Program-made: the position numbers and the translations under genes
Part shown: one piece after another, positions 50,506 to 63,099 of the stretch
Layout: each line of letters begins with the position of its first letter
Numbering within the stretch: position 1 is the stretch's first letter
Assembly (NCBI GenBank): GCA_030324005.1
Contig: JARDVH010000059.1
Coordinates: 68,379,957 to 68,443,956 of the forward strand
Source: Negaprion brevirostris
Lineage: Eukaryota
Direction: 5' to 3'
Length of the DNA: 64,000 bases
Notes under the pieces: model-generated
Database searches by the model: none
What the model was told of the DNA's origin: nothing
The model's input: the letters and a program-made list of their open reading frames with translations, nothing else

Positions 50506-50509
50506 AAAC

Positions 50510-50650
50510 AATGAAATACTTTTGAAGCGTGGTCACTTTTGTAATGCAGGAAATCTGGCAACTAATTTGTACAGAAGCTCCCACAAAGAGCAATGTAATA
50601 GCGATTAAATAATGCTTTTCTGATGGTGACTGAGGAAACAATATTGGCCA
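50510..50650 (-). mobile_element. Deu-domain SINE fragment
   Basis: Reverse-complement match to ~32275-32422. Confidence 0.65.
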
Positions 50651-50689
50651 TCTTTTTCCAAAAAATACCTGAGATGCCAGGTAATTAGA

Positions 50690-51180
50690 ACTACAGAAAA
50701 GTTAAGCCACAGAAAGAGGCCATTGAGCCCATTGTGTTTGTGCTGGACAAAAAAGGAAACTAACTGTTCATTTTAACCTGGCTTTCTAGCACCTGGTCCC
50801 CTCACCTTTCAGTTTATAATACTTCAGGTGCAGATGCAGGTACTTTGTAATTAAATTGAATGTTTCAGCTTCAACCAACAACTCAGGCAGTGAAGTCCAG
50901 TCACACAGCATCTGCTTGGTGAAAAGGTTTCCTTCATGTCCCCTCTAATCCTTCTATCAATCACCTTAAATCTATACCCCTTGATAATTGACCTTGTCAC
51001 TAAGGGAAACAAGTAATTCCTGTCCAACCTATCTAGATCCCTCAAATTTGTTTACTTCAGTTAGGTCATCCCTCAGCTTCCTCTATTCGAAGGAAAACAA
51101 CCCTAGCCTATCCAACCTTTCCTCATAGCTGCAATTTTCAAGCGCTGGCAACATTCTTATTAATTTCCACTGTACTCTCT
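50690..51180 (-). mobile_element. CR1 LINE 3' fragment
   Basis: MRDLDRLDRNYLFPLVTRSIIKGYRFKVIDRRIRGDMKETF. Confidence 0.8.
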
Positions 51181-53669
51181 GCGTAGCAACTCACCACCTT
51201 CCCCTGTGTCACATGGGATTGACTTTTCTGACCAGTCTGCCATGTGGATTTATCTTCTATCTGTAAACCCTGTGTTGGGAGTATTTGTGCCTAAACTATG
51301 GCATCATAGGAAAAACAATGTAGCATTTTTGTTCGTGAAAGAGTGATCAGGTTATCCAAATATTACAGAGAAGGCGATTGATTTTTTTGTGAACCAGCTA
51401 ATGAAACTGAAGATAGTAGCTCAGGGAAAGTATTTCCTAACAGAGAAAATAAAGACATACGATTCTGTAAGAAAACATTCCTTGTTGTACAAGAATAAGA
51501 GGATTTTCTAATTGAGATTGATGATAACTCTGTAGGCAGTTCAGATCAAATGGACATGTGAAGTAATTTAACATAGAAAAAAAAGCACAAGAATACATTA
51601 AAAATACACTGAATAAGTTTAGATCAAGAATTGCTTAGAAATACGTATTTTAGCAGGGTTAATGCAGTGACATGTTCAATAACATCGATTTTTAAAATGG
51701 TACAAGTGATTGGGCATCTGGAAGGAGAATTAGAGCTTAGATTTGAAATTATATTAGTGACATTAAGCATGGCTTGGTTAATTGAATATAAATTGTATCT
51801 TTATCCTGAATGTATTCATTATTAATATTACATTGTATTATTTTAGTTTAAAAAGGTCATGTTTTTCTTGAGTACCATTTGTGACAGATGCAAAAATCTG
51901 AATCTAGTCAGAGTCAGGATTGAGAGCAAGACACCAGTTAACCTCAATATCTGAATCAAAATACTAATTTGCAAGTTATCTAAATAACTAACATAGTTTA
52001 ATCTTTCCTTCCATAAAGTAAAGACTTCACATGGTTCACATCTTGATAAACATGCAGTGAAATAGCAGTGTTCTTCCAGCTCTGGCACCTGGCATCAATT
52101 CCAGTTTGGACCGATGAAATAACTATCATTTTTCTTTGATGGCTCCAAGAGTCTTAAAAATAAAGGAGAGGACCACTGAAACTCAGTTCCTCTTGGGTAG
52201 TTTTAAAGTCACTCCCATTGACCAAAAATGTTCCGAAAAACGAGTTCCCAGCCCATAGCATAAATTGGCTCTTTCAGATAGAGCACAAGGATAGCAAGTA
52301 TGGCAACTAATGAAGTTCTTGCTGGTTGGAATTGAAGTCCACCATTAAAGTGAAAGTAGAGCAAGTGTTACTCGATCTTGCTGCACTATAGCTAATCTGA
52401 TATCCAAACTTACTGCAAAAAAGTTCCACTACTCAACACTAGTGTCACCTTTCAGTACCACATATTTCCTCTCCTCCCACCCCCCATCTCTCCCGAAAAC
52501 ATTGTCTCTTTTACATATAGTTCCACAGATTCCATCTCTTTCAAATAATCGTTTTTCATATTTGAGCTTAGATACTGAATGTTGGCAGGTAATTCAATTG
52601 TGGAGGCCAACATCATGAATAATTGATATTATTTTTACATAATACATGCAATTAATGAATGAAAATATTATTGCCTCAAGCTCCTCTGAATTCAAAATAA
52701 CTACTTATCTGATCCTCAAAATTAAACATTCCTTCTGCGATACTGTAATGGAATCAGATTATTTGCAATATTGTGCACGGGGTAGAATGACAGTTTGCTC
52801 AGGCTCAAAATTTTAAGCCTTCTGCATTTTCGATAGAATACTTCAATTATTCCACTGGAAAGAAAGGCAAACCTTATATACAATCCCTCTCAGAAAACCG
52901 TGCACTATAGAGAGTCAGGAGATTCCTTCCCTGCATTACCTCCATCCTTACCGTCCCCCCATTTGTTATAAGAAAAGCCTTGCTCTGATCCGAATTTTTT
53001 CACACCTCCGAAAAAAAATCAAGTGCATTATGCAATAGAAAAATAATAAAGGATTCAAGCTCTGCCAAGTCAGAGCTTGACACAGGTCTTACAAATATAA
53101 ATTTTATCATCTTCCAGTCAGGTTGGAACATGGTACTGCCAAGTTTGATCTGGAGTTGTTAGTGCAGGTGTTAGCAAAGGCATGCTAGTTGTTCCTGTGG
53201 ATTTCCCTCTACATGTGGACCCAAGAAGAGGCAAGAAGAGAGTTTAATTTTGATTAGTAGGTTTCTTCATAAAGTATTGTTTCCAAATGAAACAAAAACA
53301 CCAATGAAAATGTTTTTAATTCAATGTGTATTAAAGCCTCATATCCTGCACACATCAACTATGGATTACCTTCACTGGAAGAAACAATGCACAACAGATA
53401 AAACATTGACATTGAGACACCCAGAGATCACAATTCATGCAGGCTACTGGTTCTTGACGTTAAGAGAAAACCAAGCGAATTAACTGCTCTGAGGGACACT
53501 AAATGTTATGCAGGGCCCACAAATTCATACTGCTTTCTCCCAATCTTTAATCAATGGTTCTCTAAGCCTGTTTGATTCTCTATCCAGATAAGAGCAAATA
53601 ATAATTCTGTGATAGTCCATATCTCAAAGTTCCTTTGCCATGAGGAAACAGGCTTCAACAATCTTGTAC

Positions 53670-54040
53670 TTTTTTTTTTACACACGGAAGATGGGCATCG
53701 CTGGCTGGCCAGCATTTATTGCCCATCCCAAATTCTCCTTGGATTGAGTGGCTTACCAGGCCATTTCATAGGCAGTTGAGGGTCAAGTACATTGTTGTGG
53801 CCCTGGAGCCAAACCAGATAAGGGTGGCAGATTTTGTTCCCTAAAAGGACATTAGCAAACCAGATGGGTTTTTCTGACAATCGACAATGGTTTCACAGTC
53901 ACAAGTAGATTCTTAATTCCAGATTTTGTTTTTATTGAATTCACATTCCACCATCTGTCATGGTGGGATTCAAACCCAGGTCCCCAAAACATTAGCTGAG
54001 TTTCTGGATTAATAGTCAAGCAATCATAGCCATTGCCCTC
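53670..54040 (-). mobile_element. tRNA-derived SINE (second family)
   Basis: Homologous to 5530-5816; B-box-like GGGTTTGAATCCC on the minus strand. Confidence 0.75.
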
Positions 54041-55109
54041 CCCCTTGACCTTTACAATTAAAAAACACACAACCACAAGGCATCATACTCAAGCAGAAAG
54101 AAATCTCCACTGGGAAATGATTCTGCGGTGTTGATTTGCATTTTTCTGAAACTCAGGAGCTTACAGTGCCTTTCCCCCCAGAACTCAAACCATTTGGAAA
54201 CAGATTTTTTTGATGACAGAAGTTTTTAGGAAAAGCTAAATGTGATCTGAAACTACACTTGATAGGGCATGGACTGCTCAGAATGTGATTTTAAAAATCA
54301 GAATCCTAAAGGTCTGTTTGCAGAAAGATGACAGAAATGGCATGTAAACTTTGGATTAATGGAAGATGAATCCATATCTTAAGGGATTCTTTTTAGATAA
54401 TTCAGTGTTGTATATGATACATTTTTACAAACAACATGACGTATTTCATAAATTGGTTTGATATACCAACAAGAATGTCTAGATGAGTGCAAGATGAAAA
54501 ATTTTGACAAAAAAGTCTCTTTTCAGCAATACTCTGTCCTACCAAATACAGCAAGTTGCTTAAAGGACTATAAATGATGTGATCATCAAGATGGCTCAAT
54601 CTACACTCTCTGCTACTTCAGCACACTAGATGATGACATGGATTAGGGCTGAAAATTAATTGTAGAGTTGTAAAACTAATTACTTGTGCACTCCAGCCAC
54701 ATCACTTAATAGAATACACACCTAAACCATTCATCCACTTCATAATAAACTCAAAGTGCTCGCTAGAGATCTTACAGCAATATATTAATTACAGTTGGGT
54801 CATCATGTCACTGTGTAAAGACGCATCCAAGGTTTACAACAAATCAGAATATTCAGGCATAATAGAAATGCGTCACCTCAATGTTCATGTTTCTGCAAAC
54901 CCTACATGGATAAGCTCAGCAGAATATAGATAAACAATACTGACATAAATTCTTTTGTGAAATTGCAGGTATTGTAATGTGCAAGGGCTACTGACTGAGT
55001 AAGTTACATTGAGCTTTTATTATGGAATATTGAGTGTTAAATGGTATTTTCATGTTCCAACTCCATGATTTTGCACAATGTGAAGGATGAAAGTATTGCT
55101 ATGTTGCTG

Positions 55110-56080
55110 TTTTTCTTAAATTCTTTGTCGGCATCACTGGTAATCATGATGTGGACATGCCAGCGTTGGACTGGGGTGGGCACAGTAAAAAGTCTCACAA
55201 CACAAGGTTAAAGTCCAACAGGTTTATTTGGCACTAGCTTTCAGAGTCTCAGACTCCTTTACCAGGTGAGTGAAGGCTTGTGTTCACAAACAGGTCATAT
55301 ACAGACTCAAACTCAACTTACAAGATAATGATTGGAAGTCTTTACAGGTAATCAATTCTTAAAGGTACAGACAATGTGAGTGGAGAGAGGGCCAAGCACA
55401 AGTTAAACAGATGTGTATTACTGATATGTGTATCACTGTTAATGCCAGCACTGGTTTCCCATCCCTAATTGTCCTGGAACTGAGTAGCTTTCTAAGTTTA
55501 AAGCTTATTTATTAGTATTGCAAGTAAGCTTACATTAACACTGCAATGAAGTTATTGTGAAAATCCCCTAGTCGCCACACTCTGATGCCTGTTCGGGTAC
55601 ACTGAGGGAGAATTTAGCACGGCCAATGCTAACCAGCATGTCTTTCAGACTGTGGGAGGAAACAGGAGCATCTAAGAAATCCACACAGACACAGGGAGAA
55701 CACACAGACAGTGAGCCAAGCTGGGAATCGAACCAAGGTTCCTGGTGCTGTGAGACAGCAGTGCTAACCACTGTGCCACCATGAGGCCATTTCAGAGTTG
55801 ACCATATTGCTGTGGGTCAGGAGTCACATGTAGTCCAGAATGGATGAGAATGGCAGATTTCCTTCCCTAAAGGACATTAATGAACCAGATTTTTTTAAAA
55901 TGACAATCAATAATACTTTTATGGTCACAATTACTAAAACTAGATTTATATTCCAGATTTATTAATTGAATTTAAATTCCACTAACTGCTGCGGTGGTAT
56001 TTGAACCCATGACCCAGGACATTAGCTTGGGCCTCTGAATTACTAGCCCAGTAACATTATCACTGCAACACAATCTCCCC
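55110..56080 (-). mobile_element. Nested cluster: second-family SINE interrupted by a Penelope-like fragment (~55145-55425) and a V-SINE (55496-55783)
   Basis: Host SINE is colinear with 53670-54040 when the inserts are removed; PLE piece matches 35505-35600 and 38188-38262. Confidence 0.75.
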
Positions 56081-58599
56081 ATATATGTTTCAGGTTATTA
56101 TTGGAAATGAAGAATAGTTAAAAAAATGTAGGATAAATGGAAGACAAATAAAGATTTCAAGATTTAGTTGAAAACATGAGACTTTATATTGAAGAAATTT
56201 ATATAAATCTGCAGAGGTTTAGGAAGAGGATGGGAGTTAAAACAGATTAATATGTTATGTATATAGTTCATACTATTCAAAGTGTGAAGTATATGTACAG
56301 CTACTACTATACTACTTCTCCCAATCACTTGCTGCTTTGTATGCTGTTGGCTTGCTCGTCTGATATCCCATTTTTGATGAACTGCAATTTCCATCAGCTA
56401 AACATTAGGATGACTGAAGCCACCATCTTCACAGAAATAGTCACTTACCCCAGGCCGAACCAGGCTGCCTGGAACCTTGGGGTGTCCTGAAAACCAACCT
56501 CAACTTACCCATTCTACTGTGACCAGAAGTCAGATTGAGCTGCACATAACACAGCATGTGTTGTGCCAGCCTTACTGGCATCACAAATTTGATGACCTGA
56601 ATGGATTTTTTGGTGGGAAAAGAACAAAGGTTGTACTCAGGGCAGCTGCAACCACCTGTATTCTCATGGCGCAACAAATTCCAACCTTTATTTCAAGTTG
56701 GGCATGGAGCAGGTACAGGGGTAAACTTTCAAAGATACAACATTAATAGTCCCCTTAAGACTGAGGGTCATCAATCAGAGGCTGACTTGGTCCATCCCAA
56801 GTAATTGTTGACTAAAAGCAAGATTGTAACTGTTCCCATGTGTCTAATCTCTATTTTTTAATATTCCACCACCTTTGTGGCAGGTTAGTTATTCAAGCCA
56901 TAATAATAAACATAGATTCTTAGTTCCACATTTAAATTTAAAGAGGGTTAAATGAGACTTTAATGGTGAGTCCATAAATGGTGTAATGGAGGTGAAATTT
57001 ATCTTAACTGGACTGTATGTATTCAGTCTTTTTTTCACAAATTTTGGACCCTATTGTGTCTCATCAATTTCCTTCCTGTTTCATTCTGCAAATGAAAACT
57101 GAAATCTTTAATTTTTAAATAGGAGTAAGAATCCTCTTTGTGGGTTGCAAGACAAGATTTTGGGTTTGCCAGTTGTGACGCAGCAAAGGCAGCTATGGAG
57201 CTCAGGCTGAATGCTAACAGCTGCGGAGCCCCTTTAAATTCTTTTTTTTTTGATTGATGGACGGGACCTAATGGACATCTTTGAGACCTGTTTGCTGTGC
57301 AAAAAAGACGCAGAAAGGCAGGTGTTTAATCTTTTAAAAAGACATGTCGTTTAAACAACTACATTCACTGCTCAGGAGCTAAACAACCCACCTACACTTA
57401 TTTAGGAGTCATTTGCAGCTTCTCACAAGCTGACGCAGCCCTCCTGTCCTCCCTATCCCACACACCCTGGCCCACATGACACTGAGGAATTAATATGGGA
57501 TCACAGCAGGAAAAATTATGCTTAGGAAGCACTGCTTAGAAATACTGGAGCACTGCTTATAGGTACTGTGTACCAAAAATCAAAATTTTCAAACACTAGC
57601 ATCTGAGAGCTTGTGGAGCATAAATTTCACAAAAAAAGCTGATGGCATCTATTCCACAACAGTAAAGGCAGGGAAACATGATTCCTGTAGTGCTCAGTGT
57701 ATCTGAATATTCATCTAATCAAACCTGAGAGAAGAAACAATATCCCTGGACTGACTTGTCATTAGCAAATTTGTCAGCTGCCATGAAAAGAAATTCTGAT
57801 TAACAAGCAGTAGGCAGAACTAATGGTGTAGGAGTTTGATTTTTTTCACCAATGACCAGCCTAATGGCCTACATTTAAACATCGGGCGCCTAATGTACTA
57901 CTTTCAGACATGTTCGCTGATCTGAAAAGGATCCTGATACTAAGAAAAAGTGAATCAGGTTGGAAAAGACAATAAGAATGTTTTTCCTCACGTGTTTATA
58001 AAACCATTATTACGTAACTGATCCAGTAAACATCAAGTATTTTTTCTCTTCCGACTCAAGGGAAAATGGGATGGAAATTGTATAAAGCTTATGAGTATTT
58101 GCGTTGGCATCTATTTCCTTAGTATTGATTGCATTAATGTTCCAGAAGGTTATCCTGATGACCTTATTTTAAATTCAGTAGGGCTTGCGGAAGTGCAACT
58201 GGTTATGCTGACTAACTTGAAAAGTACAAAAGCTTTTGTTTCTTTGTTGAAACCATGCCTGCAAAAAGCAATGTACAAATTTCTTCCAACAGAAGCCCAT
58301 TAACATCCTGCTCTACATGGGAAATCATGACCATGGACTAGAGTTTTAAAGCTTGAGCTCTAGCAACTGGAGACACTTCCTGTGCTTACGGCTAGCCAGG
58401 ATGGGGTGTTGGCACAACATGGACAGTTTACACCTGAACAAAGCTGAGACCATTGTTCTTGCCGAGAGGTCAATTAATATTGTTGGTGAACGTTTAAAGG
58501 ACTTTGGCAAAGAAAAGCAACCAGAAAATAGCAGCAGTGAGCAGTAAAATTAGAAATATCTCACAAATCACAGGGACCTGATTCAGGAAAGTAGCACAT

Positions 58600-58910
58600 G
58601 TACTGAAGGAAGCATTACATCTGCATATACACAATATCCAGAGCGCAACTAAGATGGTTCGGCAGGCACAAATTGCTGGGTGGAATTATGACAGTTACAT
58701 TAACTGAGACATGGCTCAAACAAGACCTGCAATGGACAAAGGTGCAAATATCAGCAGCAAGATTCAATTAACAAATAGAATGATGATGGAAAGTGAAGGA
58801 GTGAAATGAGAAAATTAATGGAGGAGGCTAAAGGCAGAGAAAGGGAGGAGAAAAGATTAGTATGCAATACTAAAACAAACGCTAAAACATTTTATGAATA
58901 TGCAAGGCAA
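58600..58910 (+). mobile_element. CR1 ORF2 endonuclease/tether fragments
   Basis: TETWL motif (ACTGAGACATGGCTC) and KRLVCNTKTNAKTFYEY. Confidence 0.55.
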
Positions 58911-59754
58911 AAGTTTAGGCATATGCCAGTTTTGGGGTGTCGGACAATCGATTTGTAATAAGCTTTTTCCTGCAGAGAGAGGCAGTATGCAAATTTTGCN
59001 NNNNNNNNNNNNNNNNNNNNNNNNTCATGATGCCCAATGTGACCAAGGGTCTGAATGTGGGAAACTAACACATGTTCCAGCTAGCCTCCAGTTCATACAG
59101 GCACTCTGTCCCTCAGAGGGAAGCTGCATTCAATTGCAGGAGGCTGATGCTGACTGTCACTGCTATAGTTGTAAAAGAAGCAAATGGAGCACCTGGGCAG
59201 AGAGAGGACTGTGGTTTGTGGCTGCATTGCTGGAAGTTAAAGGCACAGTTGTTGACAGTAATCACGGACATAATGTAAGCAATGCTACCAAACGGCAATA
59301 TTAACTCAAGGGGCCGAAAGGCTCGTTTCTGCTCCTAATATGCAAGTCATTCTGTATGCGTGTGATGAGCTGGGTTAGATGACCTTTGACATCCAGAACT
59401 ATCTTGCCAACAGAGGGTGGAATCGAGCTGGAGTTCTGTTTATTTTGTTCCAAATGGAAGTTTACTGTGAGTGAGCTTTGTGGGGTGAAATTTCCAGTAC
59501 AGCGAGTGGATAATGGACTGTGAATCAGTAACCTGTTTTGCACTGAACATGACTCTCGAGAGTCTTTTCTATTGACTCCAATCTTGTTCTTTTATTTACT
59601 TCTCTAATAGCTTACTCTAACTTGATGCTTTAATGAGATCTTTGGAGGTATTGAAATATGATAAAGTTGCGGTGTGTGGTAGATATTGAAAATATATTGT
59701 AGTGAGGGGCAGCAAAGTCTTCAGGCTTACTGATCAAGAAAACACAGATACAAC

Positions 59755-60330
59755 TGTAAACCTGTCCTCTATCTATCCCACTAGTTATATCCTCAAAAAA
59801 CGCCAGTAAATTTGTCAAACAGGATATTCCTTTTGGTAAAACCATGCTGATTTGTTTTAATCAAATTATGCCTAAGTGCATTGTTAATACTTCCTTTGTA
59901 ATAGACTCCACCATTTTCCCAACATCTAATGTTCATCTAACTGGCTTATAGTTTTCTGTGTCTCTTCTCTCTCCTTTCTTGAAAAGTGGTGTAATATTTG
60001 CCATCTTCCAACCCAATGGGCTTGTTTCTGAATCCAAGGAATTCTGGAAAATCATAGCCAGCACATCCACCACCTCTGCAACTATCTCTTTAAAACCCTT
60101 AGGGTGTATGTCATCAGTTTTAGTCCCTTAAGTTTCTCCAATGCTTTTTATCTGCTGATACTCACTTTTCAGCCCCTAATTTATTATCTATTTCTGGTTT
60201 TCCACTTGACGACAGGCAAAATATTTGTTCAATACCTCTGCCATTTCCTTATGAAAACGTTCCCTGTCTCTGCTTCTAAGGGGCCACAGATTGACTTTAG
60301 CTACTTTCTTCTCTATATAAGTCTTACAAT
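59755..60330 (-). mobile_element. CR1 RT fragment
   Basis: KGISCLTNLLAFFEDITSGIDRG and KEMAEVLNKYFA motifs. Confidence 0.8.
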
Positions 60331-61027
60331 TTAAAAAATATTTCTGACAGCAGGCAGAGAGAATCATGCCCTCTTCTTTGTGCATTTCACTACAAACAGT
60401 TAATGTCTTAGTCCAGATCAGTACAGGCAAATTAAAAGAATAGGAACAAAGTGGACAGGTAAGAATCTGGAGCTGAAGATTTATTGCTGATCCATTAAAA
60501 TTCCAAGTCATAAAATTATATATCCAAATGCCAAATGTCCAGAATTTAAACATATAGAAATGTTAGACCTTTAATGCTAAGTATTGTACATATCCAGTAA
60601 AAAAAAAAAGAATTTCCATTTGGCTATTAGAAAGCAGCACAACCTCTGACAATACAGTTAAATGATTTATAAAAATGTGTTAGCTGCTTTTACAACACAA
60701 CATTGAAAGATGAGCCAAGAGCATTACAGCAGCAACTTGTATCTGCAAGAACAGTATCTTCTTTCAGTGAATTTTGATCGCAATAAGTAGCATTCTAGTT
60801 TAATACTACTGGTTTTTATCCTAGACCGTAAGTACTTGAAATGTTTCCCAATAGATAGTACTCCAATAAAGCATTTTCACAATAATCGTAAAATTGTACC
60901 ACCTTCAAGTCTCTAGCCTTTGGTAAGATGCATATGCTTAAATCGTAGGTATTGTTCCAAACATTTTACTGCTATTATAACATGTGTTAATTTCAATTAC
61001 ATTCAGAAAATACTGCTTATCTCTTAC

Positions 61028-61226
61028 CTGTTCAGCACCCATAGAGGACAATCCTGATGTAGGCACAGAGGTCATTGAGGTCATGCTAATCTGCCCTGAC
61101 ATCTGATTCATGTTGCTCATACTGGCAGTATTGGTTGCCATAGAAACACTGATATTCATATTGTTGCTGTACATGCTGGTGTTTGCCTGTTGTCCAAACT
61201 GTGGTGGGGATGGCTGCGAAAACATG
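61028..61226 (-). CDS. NCOA2: NCOA2 (SRC-2/TIF2/GRIP1) C-terminal exon
   Basis: 199 nt, phase 2 to 0, cag acceptor, gtaaga donor; [66 protein letters not shown] closely resembles human NCOA2. Confidence 0.96.
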
Positions 61227-61679
61227 CTGTGTTACAAGAAAAACAAAAATCAACTATTAGATTAAGCACATTTCCCACAAAACATTTTATCACATGGGTC
61301 TCATCTGTCAGATATTCTGATTCTTACAATGGACAAGCATAATTATTTTGCAGGCGCATTAGTTGCCACATTTAAGCCACAATAGTTTTATTTGTATTTT
61401 CAGTGCTGAAATGTTTACATACACTTTTGCACAAATTATTGCAACACACTGTTCATTATCCATATGCACAAAATCTACAGTCATCTGTATCCCGCCCCAC
61501 ACCAATGCTCACTCAATAATCACTCTTGTTCTCATTCAACCACACCATTCACTGTGCCTCCATATAAAATATTTATGCTCTTTTGTACAGCATTAGTATA
61601 TATTGCATTTGCTTTGCAGCTTTAACATACACATTGTTATCACAATCCAGTACAGAAGTTTTCTGAACAATGAAAATCT

Positions 61680-62466
61680 TATTATGATGGAACATGCAGA
61701 CAAAGGTTTATCTTTTGAGATGGATGTTAATGGAAAAGGGCAACCAGAAAAGAGCAACCAACCAAGCAAACTAAGACTGAAATGGAGAATTGGAAACCAT
61801 AACTCCCGGCTAAAACTATATAAAAGGAGACAGAGTCATCAGAGCTTTGCAGAAGTTGATGAGTCCAGCGGTACAGTACAAGCAGGCTGAAAAAGGGAGG
61901 CTAGACCCAGAAGCTGGAAGTAGGCAAATACGCTGTTGTTACAGGTGTTTCTGTTATTTGAAGATAACATTGGTAGATCTAAGCCATCCAGGTTGATTAT
62001 AGGAGGTGCTGCAGACATGTGCCACTTTTTGGTGATGGCCATATCTGTGAAACTTGGGTTGTTAGTGCTTTTGTAGTCAGTTGGGGGATCAGGCTATATC
62101 CTAGAAGAGGAGCCGAAATTCTTTGTAAAGAAGAGAGTTTTGAAAGATTTTCTGATTGACTTTGATGACTTCTATGCTGGGGAGACTCTTAAGCCAATTC
62201 ATAAAATCTGTCTCAGTTGTATCTGCCATTTAAATGTGCAATTTACAGTTTATAACTGAATGTAAACTGCCTGTTAATTCATGTTTACATCATGTTGACT
62301 TGGGGTTTGAGAGTTAGGTGATTAAGAAGTCTTTGCTTTGATGGATTCTTTTATGGTAAAATTATATGTTCTAAACAGCGGAATCTTCTGGCTTTATTCT
62401 GTTAGTAAATAACTGGGATTTCAGATTCCTTCTATTTAATTGCCGATCTTTCCCAAGATTGTAATA
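61680..62466 (+). mobile_element. Possible solo LTR in an NCOA2 intron
   Basis: Degenerate inverted termini TATTATGAT / ATTGTAATA and internal CTATATAAAAGG; no clear target-site duplication. Confidence 0.3.
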
Positions 62467-62921
62467 CTGCAGATACTACAAGATAACTTTATGTCTACCT
62501 TTGGACCAATTCATTTCTGGTGACCCCCCTTTCCCACTATAGCAAATACAGCCTGCAGGAAAAACTACCCAAAAAGGGATACTGACTTTAACAACAGCAA
62601 TTACAGAACATGTTAGATCAACATTAATGGCTGTTTTCCTTTCTGCAAGATTTAAACAACTCTTCTCCACACAGGCACGTAATCTAATCCGCTGCCGATC
62701 ATTAAACATATTACTCTTTTTTATTTCTTCAAAAGTTAGCAAAAATGGCCAGGCTGTATTTATTGCCCATTGCAAGGTGCCCTAAATAAGGTGGTAGACC
62801 TTCTTCAAGACTGATGCAGTTACTATGGCTAGGGCCAAGATTATTCTACCCAACTCCCAAGTGTGTATATAGAATACTTTAAAGCTTAAATTCAAAGTTT
62901 ATGGGAGATAATCAGAAGTAC

Positions 62922-63099
62922 CCATTTCCATTTAGGTTTCCCTGTGGCCAGCCATTAATCTCCGAAGGTGACTGGTAAGTAGGTGTAGATTGAGGCTGCT
63001 GCATCATTGGACTCTGCGTGTGACTCATCCGTGGGGACAATAATGGGCTCTGGGGAGTTGTAGCCCCACCAAATCCTGTATCAGACTGTTGATTGATCC
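62922..63099 (-). CDS. NCOA2: NCOA2 internal exon (C-terminal region)
   Basis: 178 nt, phase 1 to 2; [60 protein letters not shown]; splices in frame to 61226. Confidence 0.96.

Noticed and set aside
57063-57090. MKQEGN* resembling MIKQEGD of the missing NCOA2 exon
   Set aside because: Upstream residues (SVFICR) do not match, a stop follows immediately, and the nearby acceptor is in the wrong phase.
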